Source of the DNA: a virus | Lineage: Duplodnaviria; Caudoviricetes | Length of the DNA stretch: 64,000 nt | Virus record (IMG/VR): IMGVR_UViG_3300042852_000025 | Coordinates: 1 to 64,000 of that record | Direction: 5' to 3' (one strand) | Part shown: piece after piece, positions 49,229-58,654 of the stretch | Layout of the letters: every line of letters begins with the position of its first letter | How positions within the stretch are numbered: position 1 is the stretch's first letter | Translations under genes and position numbers: made by a program | Notes under the pieces: model-generated | The model's input: the letters and a program-made list of their open reading frames with translations, nothing else | Database searches by the model: none | Told to the model about the DNA's origin: nothing

Positions 49229-50434
49229 TTACAGTGTGAGGGTCATCACCTTGAAGGCATCGGTATAAAGACTGTGGGTGATTTCGCCATAGTCCACACG
49301 GAACGCCGTGGCGCGACGGAGCACGAACTGCTCGATCGCGCTGTACTGGGCGCTGATGTTGATCACGCGGCGCAGGGCAAAGCGGGTGTCGAGGCCAACG
49401 AACGTGTTGGTCGCGATCACACCGTCATCGACGATCAAAATCCGAGGATCAGGACCGGTCAGGCTGTCGACGGTGATGCCCTGGTTGAACGCCTCGGCTT
49501 CCTTGACGAACACGGTGTCGCGGGTCGGCTTGCCGGAGCGCGCCTCGATCGCCATCGCGGTGTCCAGGTCGCAGATACCGCCCAAGGTCATCATCTGGCG
49601 ACGATTCTTGTGCATGTATTTGACCCAGGCTTTGTGCGTCATCTGACCTGCGGCAGTGATGCCGGCCGGGTCGAGCGAGTCAGCGGTAAAGCTGACCTTG
49701 GCGGTTTCACCGCGGTCAACGTCGCCGGCAACGATCGCCGCGATGTCGCTCTCAACCATGCGCACACGCTCTTGGCGGGCTTGTGCGGTCATGGCCAGGT
49801 TCACCAGGTCCAGAGTCGACGCTTGCGCGGCCTGATCGGAAATCAGCAGGCCGATCGACTTGGTTGGGATGCTGTTCGAACGTTCCGAGGTGGTGATGCT
49901 CAGCATCACGTCCGGTTCAGCGAGCTGCGCGATCGGAGACGACGCAGTGCCTTGTGGACGGGTGATGTTGATAATCGGTTGATCGAACTTCGGCCCGGTC
50001 ACGGTCTGAGTTTGAGCGATGAAGCTTGCCCAGGTGCCCAGCAGGTCACCGTAGTCGTCTCGCAATTTCGACTCGATGGCGCGCATCAGGATTTCCGGGT
50101 AGAGCATGCGGCCAGCCACGGTGTGGCGGTCGGAGCCGTCACCACGGGTGATCGAGCCGAGCTGAATGCCGGTTTCCAGCATTTCCTTCATGCTCGGTGG
50201 GCGCATGCCCATGCGGTGGTCAGTGCTGGTCAACATGCCGGAGTGCAGCATGGCCTGTTGGAGCACGTCGCCGTACTTCACCAGGTCGGTGCTTTCGCCG
50301 TACAGCTGGTTCAGGTGCTGCGAAAGGGACAGGCCCTTTTGCGAAGCTTCCGCGTACATCTGTACGTGGAACGGCACCTCGATCAGGTTCCCCTCGGCGT
50401 TGCGCACCTTGAGGTTGGTTTGAAGGTCGCTCAT
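49229..50434 (-). CDS. Major capsid protein
   Basis: 401 aa downstream of protease and decoration genes; followed by GGGGTC-GCAA-GACCCC hairpin. Confidence 0.8.
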   Translation of the reverse strand: MSDLQTNLKVRNAEGNLIEVPFHVQMYAEASQKGLSLSQHLNQLYGESTDLVKYGDVLQQAMLHSGMLTSTDHRMGMRPPSMKEMLETGIQLGSITRGDGSDRHTVAGRMLYPEILMRAIESKLRDDYGDLLGTWASFIAQTQTVTGPKFDQPIINITRPQGTASSPIAQLAEPDVMLSITTSERSNSIPTKSIGLLISDQAAQASTLDLVNLAMTAQARQERVRMVESDIAAIVAGDVDRGETAKVSFTADSLDPAGITAAGQMTHKAWVKYMHKNRRQMMTLGGICDLDTAMAIEARSGKPTRDTVFVKEAEAFNQGITVDSLTGPDPRILIVDDGVIATNTFVGLDTRFALRRVINISAQYSAIEQFVLRRATAFRVDYGEITHSLYTDAFKVMTLTL

Positions 50435-50469
50435 TTCTATTTCCCCCAAAAAGCTGTGTGGTTGGGCGC

Positions 50470-50967
50470 TCACACGCGCTCAAGCAGAACCAGATCGCCA
50501 GCAACGCCGGTGCCCGAAATGATGCGGACCACCTGCCAGTTGTATGGGCTTGGCATTGGGATCGTGGCTTCATCCGGGGCAGGTGTTGCATCGACCTGCA
50601 CCACTACCGCTGGTTTTGGCGCCACCTGCGGATAGCCGGCAGTGCCCAGTGCGGTTTGGGTGTAGGCCACGACATAGCCGTTCAGCGTCACGGTTTCGCC
50701 GGTGCCCACTTGCGCGATCTTGCGACCGCGGCGCTGGACAGCACCGAAGCTGAAACCGTCGTTGACAGTGCTCGGCTCGATCGCGGCGACAAAGCCCTCG
50801 ATCGTGTCGTTGTCCGCGCACAGCACGTAGTTCTGTGCGGTGCCGCGCTTCACCGCTTTGCCGATGTCGTTGTTACCGAAAGGCGCGGACGAGCTGGCAC
50901 CCAAAGCCGCCGAAACGGTGTCTTTGAGTGCGTCGGTTACGCTTTCCCCATACACGAAAGTAGTCAT
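50470..50967 (-). CDS. Capsid decoration/cement protein
   Basis: DIGKAVK...IEGFV pattern; between scaffold and capsid genes. Confidence 0.65.
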   Translation of the reverse strand: MTTFVYGESVTDALKDTVSAALGASSSAPFGNNDIGKAVKRGTAQNYVLCADNDTIEGFVAAIEPSTVNDGFSFGAVQRRGRKIAQVGTGETVTLNGYVVAYTQTALGTAGYPQVAPKPAVVVQVDATPAPDEATIPMPSPYNWQVVRIISGTGVAGDLVLLERV

Positions 50968-50991
50968 GAATCTATCCCCCAAAGTGTTGTG

Positions 50992-52494
50992 TTAGAGCTT
51001 CACGCAGTCCGCATTCGGAACGTAGGCCTTGGTCTTCTTGTGGTCGCCAAGGTCGCTTTCGCCCGGTACTTCGGCCTGCGCGCCGATCTTCATCCGCGAG
51101 TTGAAGTCACTGAGCGTGCGGTGGTAGGTACCGATCAGGGTTTCCGCGCTCATGCCGGTGAAACTGGTAGGGCTACGGCTCAACGGCAATTCCATGCGGT
51201 TGATGGCATCCCCACAGATTTTCATCAGGGTGCTCATGCTGGCCGAGCGCTCCGATTCACTGGCTTGCAGGCGCTTCACTTCGCCCCGGGCGTCGGCCAG
51301 ATCGCTGGAGAGCGAAATGATTTTGTCCAGGGTTTGATCGGACAGTTGCTCAGCTTTCGCGGCAGGGACCGGGGCAGCTTCTGGCTCAGCTTTCGGATCT
51401 ACCGGAGCCGGTTCAGCAGCGGCGGCGAGCGCAGCAGCTTGTTCCGCTTCCAGTTCAGCTTTGGTTTTTTCTTTCACTTCTTCGGACAGGGTTGGGTCAG
51501 CCAAGGCCAGCTTCTCCTGCATCCCCGAAGCGACGGCCGCTTGGCCCGCGTCAGTCAGTTTGCGCTTCATATCATCCACACCTAAGTAGGTTGAGGGGGT
51601 GAGTACAGAGACCTGTGGCTGTCGATCGCCCACCAGTTTCATCACGGCGGAAACCGCCTTGTCGAAGGTGGTGATGCCATCTACTAGCCCCACTGCTACG
51701 GCGTCGTCTCCCATGAAGACACGCCCTTCGGCAGAGGTTTCGATCAGCGCCGGTACGGCGATGCCTCGGTGCGTAGAGACGTGCGAGAGGAAGAGGTCGT
51801 AGAACTTCCCCATGCGTGCCTCGATGTCGGCCTTGGCCTTGTCGTCCAGCTTTTCGTAGGGGGAGCCCAACGCTTTGAACTCGCCCTGGCGAAGCATGGT
51901 TACGTCGATACCCTGTTCCTTGAGCATTCGGACGTAACTGAAATGTGCGCTCACGACGCCGATGGACCCGTTAACGGCCATCGCGGAGCTGAAAACTTTG
52001 CGGCCGATGCAGCCGACCCAGTAGCCGGCGGACAGCATCTTGGTGCCGGTGTACGTGTAAATCGGGAGCACGCTCTTATCGAACTCGGTCAGGAAGTCCG
52101 TCAGTTCGCCGATGCCCTCGGCGCTGCCGCCGTTGGTGTCGATGTCGAGCAGCAGGCCGCGGCAGCCGGACTCGGCCGCGACGATCGCGGCGTTGCGCAC
52201 TTCCTGGTACGAGCACAGCCCGACATAGCGGTTGTAGAAAGTTTCCTTGCTGACCATGCTGCCGCTGATGTTTAACACCGCAATGTCGCCGTGGCGGGCG
52301 AGCATGTAGCCGTACTCGGGGAACCCGTCGAAGGTTTCGTCTTCGTCATCGCCGCCGGCATACATCTTGGGGTCGAGCGCGGTCAGTTGCGTCAGGCTGG
52401 TGCGGGCGGACAGCATGCTGTCGTCGTCGCCATACCAGATGTCGCCGAGCTGCAGGTTTTGGCCACGGGGCGACTTGCTGCGTTTGGCGGTCAT
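50992..52494 (-). CDS. S49 prohead protease with C-terminal scaffold
   Basis: DIDTNGGS, SAGYW, GSIGV, GEFKALGSP, AVGLVDGI. Confidence 0.9.
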   Translation of the reverse strand: MTAKRSKSPRGQNLQLGDIWYGDDDSMLSARTSLTQLTALDPKMYAGGDDEDETFDGFPEYGYMLARHGDIAVLNISGSMVSKETFYNRYVGLCSYQEVRNAAIVAAESGCRGLLLDIDTNGGSAEGIGELTDFLTEFDKSVLPIYTYTGTKMLSAGYWVGCIGRKVFSSAMAVNGSIGVVSAHFSYVRMLKEQGIDVTMLRQGEFKALGSPYEKLDDKAKADIEARMGKFYDLFLSHVSTHRGIAVPALIETSAEGRVFMGDDAVAVGLVDGITTFDKAVSAVMKLVGDRQPQVSVLTPSTYLGVDDMKRKLTDAGQAAVASGMQEKLALADPTLSEEVKEKTKAELEAEQAAALAAAAEPAPVDPKAEPEAAPVPAAKAEQLSDQTLDKIISLSSDLADARGEVKRLQASESERSASMSTLMKICGDAINRMELPLSRSPTSFTGMSAETLIGTYHRTLSDFNSRMKIGAQAEVPGESDLGDHKKTKAYVPNADCVKL

Positions 52495-53942
52495 TGGCTC
52501 GCGCCTCCGGCTTTTTTCGGTTCGTTCGATTGCAGGGCGCGGCCCTGCGGGTCGGCGTTCGGGCTGGCGTCGTTGGCATTGATGCCGCCGCTGCTCCGGC
52601 GGAAGCCGGTGCCGGCGAGCGGCGGGGCACCCGGGGCGCGTGGGCCAGTGCCGAGGTCCCAAGCCGCTTCGTCGTCGGTCAAAAAGCCTTCGGACAACAG
52701 TTCAAGGGTCCGCGCCTGGCGCATGGTCTTGAACGCTTCCAGCTCCAGATCCGGGCGCAGGTTGATCGGGTCGAAGCGGAATTTGATGTACACGTCGGCG
52801 CCGTACAGGCGGGCGGCCAAGGTGAGAATGCGCGAGAGGTTGGTTTCGACCGGGCGGCGGGCGGCGTTGGCGATCTTGAGGAACACCAGCGATTCGGTGT
52901 TGCTCAGCGATTGCGAGCCCTGCATCCGCAGGCCGAGCATCGACGGGTTCGATTTGAGCGAGGTGGCCAGCAGGCCGGACAGGGTTTCGATCAGCGGCAC
53001 GTAGTCGCTTTTCTCGCCTTGGGCCTTGAGCATGTCCGGGGTCACGGTGTCGTAAATGACTAACGCATCCTCGGGGTTCATGCCTTTCAGGTTCTCTTCA
53101 ATCTTGGACTTCACCGCATCGAGCGCTTGCTGCAACTTTTCCTTGTCCGCCTTGATTTCAGGGGGCAGGGCGGCCATCACTGTCTCAATGGAAATCTTGA
53201 GCACCAGGCGGCCGTGGCCTTGGCGGCGCACGGCGCGGCGCATTTCTTCCAGAAACTCGCCGTAGGTGTAGGTGTTGTTAACGCCGGCCGAGAGCATCGA
53301 GTCGGAATAGGCGCGGTTGGCCTGACGATGCAGCTCGCTGATGAACACCGTGGGCACATCGAGCAGCACCGGGTCGCCTTGACTGCGGTTCTGCTGCGGC
53401 ACCTTCTTCGCCTTGGGGCCGCTGCCGACGTTCTTCCAGTCGATCGTCTCAAAGGGAATGGTGTTGATCTTGGTCGGGAAGCGCGCCTTATCCAGCACCA
53501 GCTCTTGGCACAGGGCGCTGGTCAACACCACTTCCAGCAGGGACTGTTCCAGCAGGCTTTCAAAGCTGGTCTTGTCGCCGTAGCCCTGGCTGTAGTCAAA
53601 CAGGGTGTCGAAGCCGGCGATGATTTGCCGAGCCATGAGGCTGCCGGCCAGATCGAACTGCCCGGTTTGGGTGTTGTAGGCCTTTGCGCTGTAGCCACTC
53701 AGGGCGACTTCGACAAAGCTGAAGGCCGCCGACGAGAACGTCCCTTCGCGGGAATACAGCTCGCGGATCGAGCCGATCAGGCTGTTCCGTGCCCGACTGG
53801 CGCTGATCGCTTCGTTGACCGTTTGGCGGTTATCTCGCGGCACAACCTGGTCCGCCCCGGCGCGATCAAAGACCGTTTCAGTCACGGCTTTGTTCACGAG
53901 CGAGCGCGGCAGAACAATAGGTTGCGAGATTGCTGAAGGCAC
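52491..53942 (-). CDS. Portal protein
   Basis: 483 aa between terminase and protease genes. Confidence 0.8.
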   Translation of the reverse strand: MPSAISQPIVLPRSLVNKAVTETVFDRAGADQVVPRDNRQTVNEAISASRARNSLIGSIRELYSREGTFSSAAFSFVEVALSGYSAKAYNTQTGQFDLAGSLMARQIIAGFDTLFDYSQGYGDKTSFESLLEQSLLEVVLTSALCQELVLDKARFPTKINTIPFETIDWKNVGSGPKAKKVPQQNRSQGDPVLLDVPTVFISELHRQANRAYSDSMLSAGVNNTYTYGEFLEEMRRAVRRQGHGRLVLKISIETVMAALPPEIKADKEKLQQALDAVKSKIEENLKGMNPEDALVIYDTVTPDMLKAQGEKSDYVPLIETLSGLLATSLKSNPSMLGLRMQGSQSLSNTESLVFLKIANAARRPVETNLSRILTLAARLYGADVYIKFRFDPINLRPDLELEAFKTMRQARTLELLSEGFLTDDEAAWDLGTGPRAPGAPPLAGTGFRRSSGGINANDASPNADPQGRALQSNEPKKAGGASQ

Positions 53943-54061
53943 TTGTGTTGGCCCCCCAAAGGCCCGGCGGTTATGGTGAAACCCGCTCTTATTCGTAAAG
54001 CGTAGACGTGGTTTCCGAAACGGTGGTTGCGGAGGTCAAAAAACCCGCAATACTTAGGGGT

Positions 54062-55870
54062 TTACCGTTTAAAACCGGGTGGCAGCCACAGGCCGGTTTC
54101 GTCCTTTACGTCTTCTTCGGACTTGAGCCGCACCACCCCGAGGGTCGGGATGTAAGGCACATCCAGTTCTTTCGGCGGTACGGAAATGATCCGCCGCGCC
54201 ACATCGGCGTAGCCCAGCGAGTGGGTGTAGTGGTCGTCCGCGGTGGCCACCCACTGCACGATGGTTTCCCCGGATTCCTGGTCGTGGGTCTCGATCCGCT
54301 TGAAGGCCCGCAGGTGGGCGCGGGCCAGCTCGTATTCCGAACTGTTCTTCGTCAGGCGCGTATGGCCTTTGTTGACCCGGCGCACCAGGTTGTCGTAGAG
54401 CGCGGTGCGGTTGACCGTCACCAGGCCTTCGACTTCGTCGCGGGCAATCAGTACGTCGAGGGTCTTGAGGGATTTCGCCGGGCCGGTGTGGTAGCGGCAG
54501 GCGTAGATCAGGCCGCCACCTTCCTTGACCAGGTGCTGGGCCAGCGTCGAGTCGGGGCCGGAGTCGACCACCCCGCAGACGCAGCCGAACAGCTTGAACA
54601 GCAGCATGGTGCGCTTGCCGACATAGTTATCACCGTCCTGGCGGATACGTTCCTGATACAGCACATCCTCGCCGCCGCGATCGTTGGGCAGGGTGATCGT
54701 CAGCCAGCAGGTCTTGCCCACGTCGAGGCCGAGGTAGGTGCCCGAGGTCAGGCGCAGGCCACTGAACTCGGCGTCTTCGGGGCGCGGCATGTGCAGGGTG
54801 GTGGCGTAGTTGACCATTTCTTCGTCGAGGAACGACGACTGCGCATCCTCAAACGGTAAGCCTAATTTGAAGTTCACCCAATCCTTCTTGTTCTCGTACT
54901 CGCCGAGCAAGGCCAGCGTGCGCGCCAGTGGGTTGATCGCCGGCACGTCGATCGGGACGACCTGGTAGGAGTGCTTGTCGGTGCGCTCGGGGAAGGTATG
55001 AATCCACTGCCGGCGGGCCGGGTTCATGAAGTCGCGGTGCTTGAGGCTGTGCCGGCACAGCGAGCAGAGGAAGTAGGCATCTTGAATGTTGACCGCCGGG
55101 TTCAGCAGGTCGGAGCGTTCGAAGTCCCGCAGCGAGCCGTCGTAACCGGGGATGACCACGTCGCGAAAGTAGTCGAGGGTCATGTACTGGTGGCAGTGCG
55201 GGCACTTGGTGGCGTAGTGCGCCTGGCTGCCCTTTTCGAACATCAGGTTGATTCCGTAGCGGAACACCGTGGGGGTGGAGAAACTGCGCTTGAGGCCTTC
55301 GCCTTCCTTGCTGTGACCAAGCCGTGAATCGAAGGTGGTCAGTACCCGCTGGTTACAGAAATCCACTTCGTCACGGAACAGCGCCTGCGCCGGTACCGAA
55401 ATCGCCGACACGCTGCCGAAGGTGCCGCTGATGTACAGAAGCGAACGACCGATGCGTTTTTGTTCGTTGTTGTTCAGATCCTTGTCGATCATCGCGCTCA
55501 GGGTCCGCGAGTCGGTCAACACCGGGTTGATCCGCCCTTGGGCGAAGCGCTTGGCCAGCGCCGAGGTCGGCATGATGTAGATGATCGTGATTTTCTTGGC
55601 GATCGCCATCATCGCCAACATCATGCGAATCCAGATTTCCGAGGCGCCGACCTGGCTGCACTTCTGCATCGACACGTCTTCGGTGGTGTCGGCCAGAATC
55701 TCCGGCTGGTATTCGTGTTCGTGAAAGGTCCACGGCCGGCTCGGGTCTTTCGGGTCGGTGGTGTGGTTGGTCAGCCACTTGGGAATGCCGCTGAAATCCC
55801 GGGCGTCATAAGCCTGCATGCGCAGGCGCTCCAGATAAACTTCCAGCTCGGGGCGCAGGCCACTGCTCAT
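54062..55870 (-). CDS. Terminase large subunit (lambda GpA-like)
   Basis: QKCSQVGASE, FRDEVD, STPT, CPHC, LGLDVG, DDHYTHS. Confidence 0.9.
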   Translation of the reverse strand: MSSGLRPELEVYLERLRMQAYDARDFSGIPKWLTNHTTDPKDPSRPWTFHEHEYQPEILADTTEDVSMQKCSQVGASEIWIRMMLAMMAIAKKITIIYIMPTSALAKRFAQGRINPVLTDSRTLSAMIDKDLNNNEQKRIGRSLLYISGTFGSVSAISVPAQALFRDEVDFCNQRVLTTFDSRLGHSKEGEGLKRSFSTPTVFRYGINLMFEKGSQAHYATKCPHCHQYMTLDYFRDVVIPGYDGSLRDFERSDLLNPAVNIQDAYFLCSLCRHSLKHRDFMNPARRQWIHTFPERTDKHSYQVVPIDVPAINPLARTLALLGEYENKKDWVNFKLGLPFEDAQSSFLDEEMVNYATTLHMPRPEDAEFSGLRLTSGTYLGLDVGKTCWLTITLPNDRGGEDVLYQERIRQDGDNYVGKRTMLLFKLFGCVCGVVDSGPDSTLAQHLVKEGGGLIYACRYHTGPAKSLKTLDVLIARDEVEGLVTVNRTALYDNLVRRVNKGHTRLTKNSSEYELARAHLRAFKRIETHDQESGETIVQWVATADDHYTHSLGYADVARRIISVPPKELDVPYIPTLGVVRLKSEEDVKDETGLWLPPGFKR

Positions 55871-56457
55871 TGCAGGTTCTCCAGCCGCACCCGCAGGCGT
55901 TCCAGGAACTGCTCTTTCAGCTCGTCCTTCAGCTCGACCAGGATGTCCACGGTCGCCGCTTCGACAGCGCGCATGCGTTCCATCGACATGATCCGGGCGT
56001 GGTTGTCCATCAGGGTCTTGATCATGATGTTGCAGGTGGTCAGCACCTCTTTCGCCTCCCGCACGTTGCAGCCTTCGCGCAAGTGGCCGTTGGGAAAAAC
56101 GTGCTGCCGCAGGTTCTGCACCGCGACGATCTGCAAGCCCATTTCATCCGCCAGCGAGAAGTCGGCGCCGTAGCCTTGGCCGGTCACTTCCAGGGTGCCG
56201 GCGGGCAGGGCGGACACCAGCTTGTGCAGCTGCTCCTTGTTCAGGCGCGGCAGGAAGTCGTGGATGAACACGCTCAGACCGGTAGCGGTGCGGCCCATGT
56301 CGGTCTCGGCGAACATCGCCGAGCGCGGGCTGATGCCCACGATCGGGCCGTCCATGGCGTCCAGGGCGTCCGGCATCGGCTGCAACCCTTCGGCCTTGGG
56401 CGGTTCCGGCGGCGCTTTGAGCACGGCCGGCGCATCGAAATCAGACAATCTGCTCAT
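55867..56457 (-). CDS. Putative terminase small subunit
   Basis: Immediately upstream of and overlapping the large subunit gene. Confidence 0.55.
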   Translation of the reverse strand: MSRLSDFDAPAVLKAPPEPPKAEGLQPMPDALDAMDGPIVGISPRSAMFAETDMGRTATGLSVFIHDFLPRLNKEQLHKLVSALPAGTLEVTGQGYGADFSLADEMGLQIVAVQNLRQHVFPNGHLREGCNVREAKEVLTTCNIMIKTLMDNHARIMSMERMRAVEAATVDILVELKDELKEQFLERLRVRLENLQ

Positions 56458-56458
56458 G

Positions 56459-56809
56459 TCAGCCCCGCCGTAGAATTTTGCTGTCGTAGATCCGAACTTC
56501 GTCCGGGTCCAGGCCGGTCGACTGCATCAGCAGCACCGGTTGCGGTTCGACGGTGTAGGCAATTTTTGAGCGGACCATGATGGTTTCGCGGGTCAGTTCG
56601 AAACGCACCCAGCCGCAGGTGGTGGCCTGTTTGATGAACTCGGCGGGGCCGCGGCCATCGGCGGCCATGCCGTCCGTGACCAGGCTCAGCCCGGAGAGGA
56701 TTTCCAGCCATTCCGCAAACGCCCGCCAGCCACACAACACGGCGGGGTTGAAGGGCAGTTTGATCAGGCTGGCGGCGAGTTTCTGGAACGCTTCTTCTTC
56801 GGCAGACAT
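56459..56809 (-). CDS. Hypothetical protein
   Basis: ATG at 56809; ends 1 nt before next start. Confidence 0.6.
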   Translation of the reverse strand: MSAEEEAFQKLAASLIKLPFNPAVLCGWRAFAEWLEILSGLSLVTDGMAADGRGPAEFIKQATTCGWVRFELTRETIMVRSKIAYTVEPQPVLLMQSTGLDPDEVRIYDSKILRRG

Positions 56810-57026
56810 GCCGGAGCCGCGCCCCGTGCGAGAGATCACACTGGTTTGAGACAAGGTAGAGCCCCCAAGGTCGCAAAACCCGAGTGCTACAGTGTCCATG
56901 TGGACGACGGGCCTGTAATCAGGCCTCTGGCTGTAACCTGCACCCGGCTTGACTTGCCTCAAATACGAGGCAAGGTATCTCCCAGTATAGGTGCGGTTGC
57001 GTTTTACTCGGTCCAGGAGGGCTGAA

Positions 57027-57281
57027 ATGGGAGAAGTGCGGAAACCCGACACGGTGGTTCGGGTTCGGCGTAACGGCAGCGCCACCAAGATTGAACTGTT
57101 TGCAGCGCTACAGTTTCCGACCGAAGAATTTGATAACTGCGACGGCGAGCCCGTCATCCTGAACCAGCGCGGCCGGTACTACCGGGTACGGATTGACGGG
57201 GTTTGGATGCCCCTCGGTTCAAAGCGGTTGTACACCCAAACCCAGTGCCACGAACTCATCAGAGGGGCAATGTTCGAATGA
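57027..57281 (+). CDS. Hypothetical protein
   Basis: AGGAGG RBS. Confidence 0.7.
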   Translation: MGEVRKPDTVVRVRRNGSATKIELFAALQFPTEEFDNCDGEPVILNQRGRYYRVRIDGVWMPLGSKRLYTQTQCHELIRGAMFE

Positions 57282-57667
57282 GAATCAGCGACTATGTGGC
57301 ACTGAAAATAGCGGTGCCGGGCTGTGGGTTGTTCAAGGCCTGGCGGACCATGGTGTGGGCCATTTGGGCGCTGCTGGTCAAGTCCGAAAGCTTTCGGGTG
57401 GAGGGGCAGGAAGAACCGATCGAACTGGGGGCGGGCGGCGGGCAGGTGTGGCGTTTGCTTAGCGGGCTGTTGGGGGTCGTGATGGGCGCGCTCAAGGCCG
57501 TGAGCGCCGTGTTCGGCATTGCCTTGCTGCTGGTTTACCTGACGCTGTCACCCTTGGGTATGGTGCTGATGCGCCTGACGGCGCGGTACCTGGTATGGCG
57601 CAACCAGCGCCGCCGCGCCAAGCTGTTGGCCAAGGCGCGGGAAGGGTTGGAGCCGCGTCAGTCGTAG
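57278..57667 (+). CDS. Membrane protein
   Basis: Hydrophobic segments and basic C-terminus; ATGA overlap. Confidence 0.6.
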   Translation: MRISDYVALKIAVPGCGLFKAWRTMVWAIWALLVKSESFRVEGQEEPIELGAGGGQVWRLLSGLLGVVMGALKAVSAVFGIALLLVYLTLSPLGMVLMRLTARYLVWRNQRRRAKLLAKAREGLEPRQS

Positions 57668-57670
57668 CCA

Positions 57671-57698
57671 CAATTCATAATTCACAATTCACAATTCA
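57671..57698. repeat. Four tandem YAATTCA heptads (putative centromere)
   Basis: CAATTCA TAATTCA CAATTCA CAATTCA between convergent genes. Confidence 0.75.
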
Positions 57699-57709
57699 TG
57701 TTCTGTGGT

Positions 57710-58078
57710 TCAGTGCCCGGTCTGCCCTTCGGGGCGGGACATCAGATGGGCAAGGCGCTGCGAGGCGTACTGGTCAATTTCAGTCAGGATCGCGTCGATC
57801 CACTGTTGCGGCGCATCGCCGCCCTCGTTGAACTTGTTCAGCATCACTTTCATCAGCGTCTGACAGATCGCGTACTGCGCCTGTTCGGTTTCGCGGACCT
57901 GGTCCGCCGAGGCGTTGGGTGGGATACACCCCGCCCGGTAGGCGGCGATGAGGTCCGCGATCGACTGCGCACCCGCAAGTATCCCTTGCATCTGGTTCAT
58001 GCGGCGCAGCGTTTCGGGGTTCTGCGCCGCGCTTTCGCGTATCCGGCGCAGCATCGCTTCTTTGTCTTCTAGATCCAT
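57710..58078 (-). CDS. Hypothetical protein
   Basis: AAGGA RBS. Confidence 0.65.
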   Translation of the reverse strand: MDLEDKEAMLRRIRESAAQNPETLRRMNQMQGILAGAQSIADLIAAYRAGCIPPNASADQVRETEQAQYAICQTLMKVMLNKFNEGGDAPQQWIDAILTEIDQYASQRLAHLMSRPEGQTGH

Positions 58079-58641
58079 GTGGGTCGTCCTTTGCAGGTAT
58101 GTGCGCCCGTCTCAGCCCCCGCTTTACGGCTGAGCCAAGATCCGTAGGAGGCCCTATTGTCACACTGCTCCTTGCGGGTAGCCCAGTGACAATTTCCGGG
58201 TTCGTAGTTTTTGGAGCTGTTCTTGCGGTCTATCGAATAACCCGGGCCTGGACAACGCCCCACGTCCTCCAGAAAAGCCTCAAAGGAATTCGCCCAGCGC
58301 TCACACACAGAAATACCTAAGTCGCCCCAGTATTTCGCGGTGGACCTGCCCGGCTCACACCTGCTTTTCATGTTTTGCCATGAACTGTACTCGGGGCTTA
58401 TTCTTCGTGCGCCGGTTGGGTGTCCGTGCCCGTGCGTTGTTTTGGCGGCTCTCGCCCTTTCGACCTGGTAGCACCCGCAACTTTCGGTATGCCTCGCCTT
58501 TAAATGGCATGCTGCAACTTCAGGGAGCGCACCACATCGGCACAGGCAAACCCAAATAGCGTTCCCACTCTTTGTTGCCGAGTAAGAAATGGCCAGTAAG
58601 TGGCCGAATATTTTTCCGCTCAAATCAGCTCGCACCGGCAT
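58069..58641 (-). CDS. HNH-type homing endonuclease-like protein
   Basis: WVCLCRCG, SCGC, WQNMKSRC, ISVCERW, SIDRKNSSKNYEPGNCHWAT..EQ. Confidence 0.85.
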   Translation of the reverse strand: MPVRADLSGKIFGHLLAISYSATKSGNAIWVCLCRCGALPEVAACHLKARHTESCGCYQVERARAAKTTHGHGHPTGARRISPEYSSWQNMKSRCEPGRSTAKYWGDLGISVCERWANSFEAFLEDVGRCPGPGYSIDRKNSSKNYEPGNCHWATRKEQCDNRASYGSWLSRKAGAETGAHTCKGRPTWI

Positions 58642-58654
58642 GTCAAAGCTCCGT

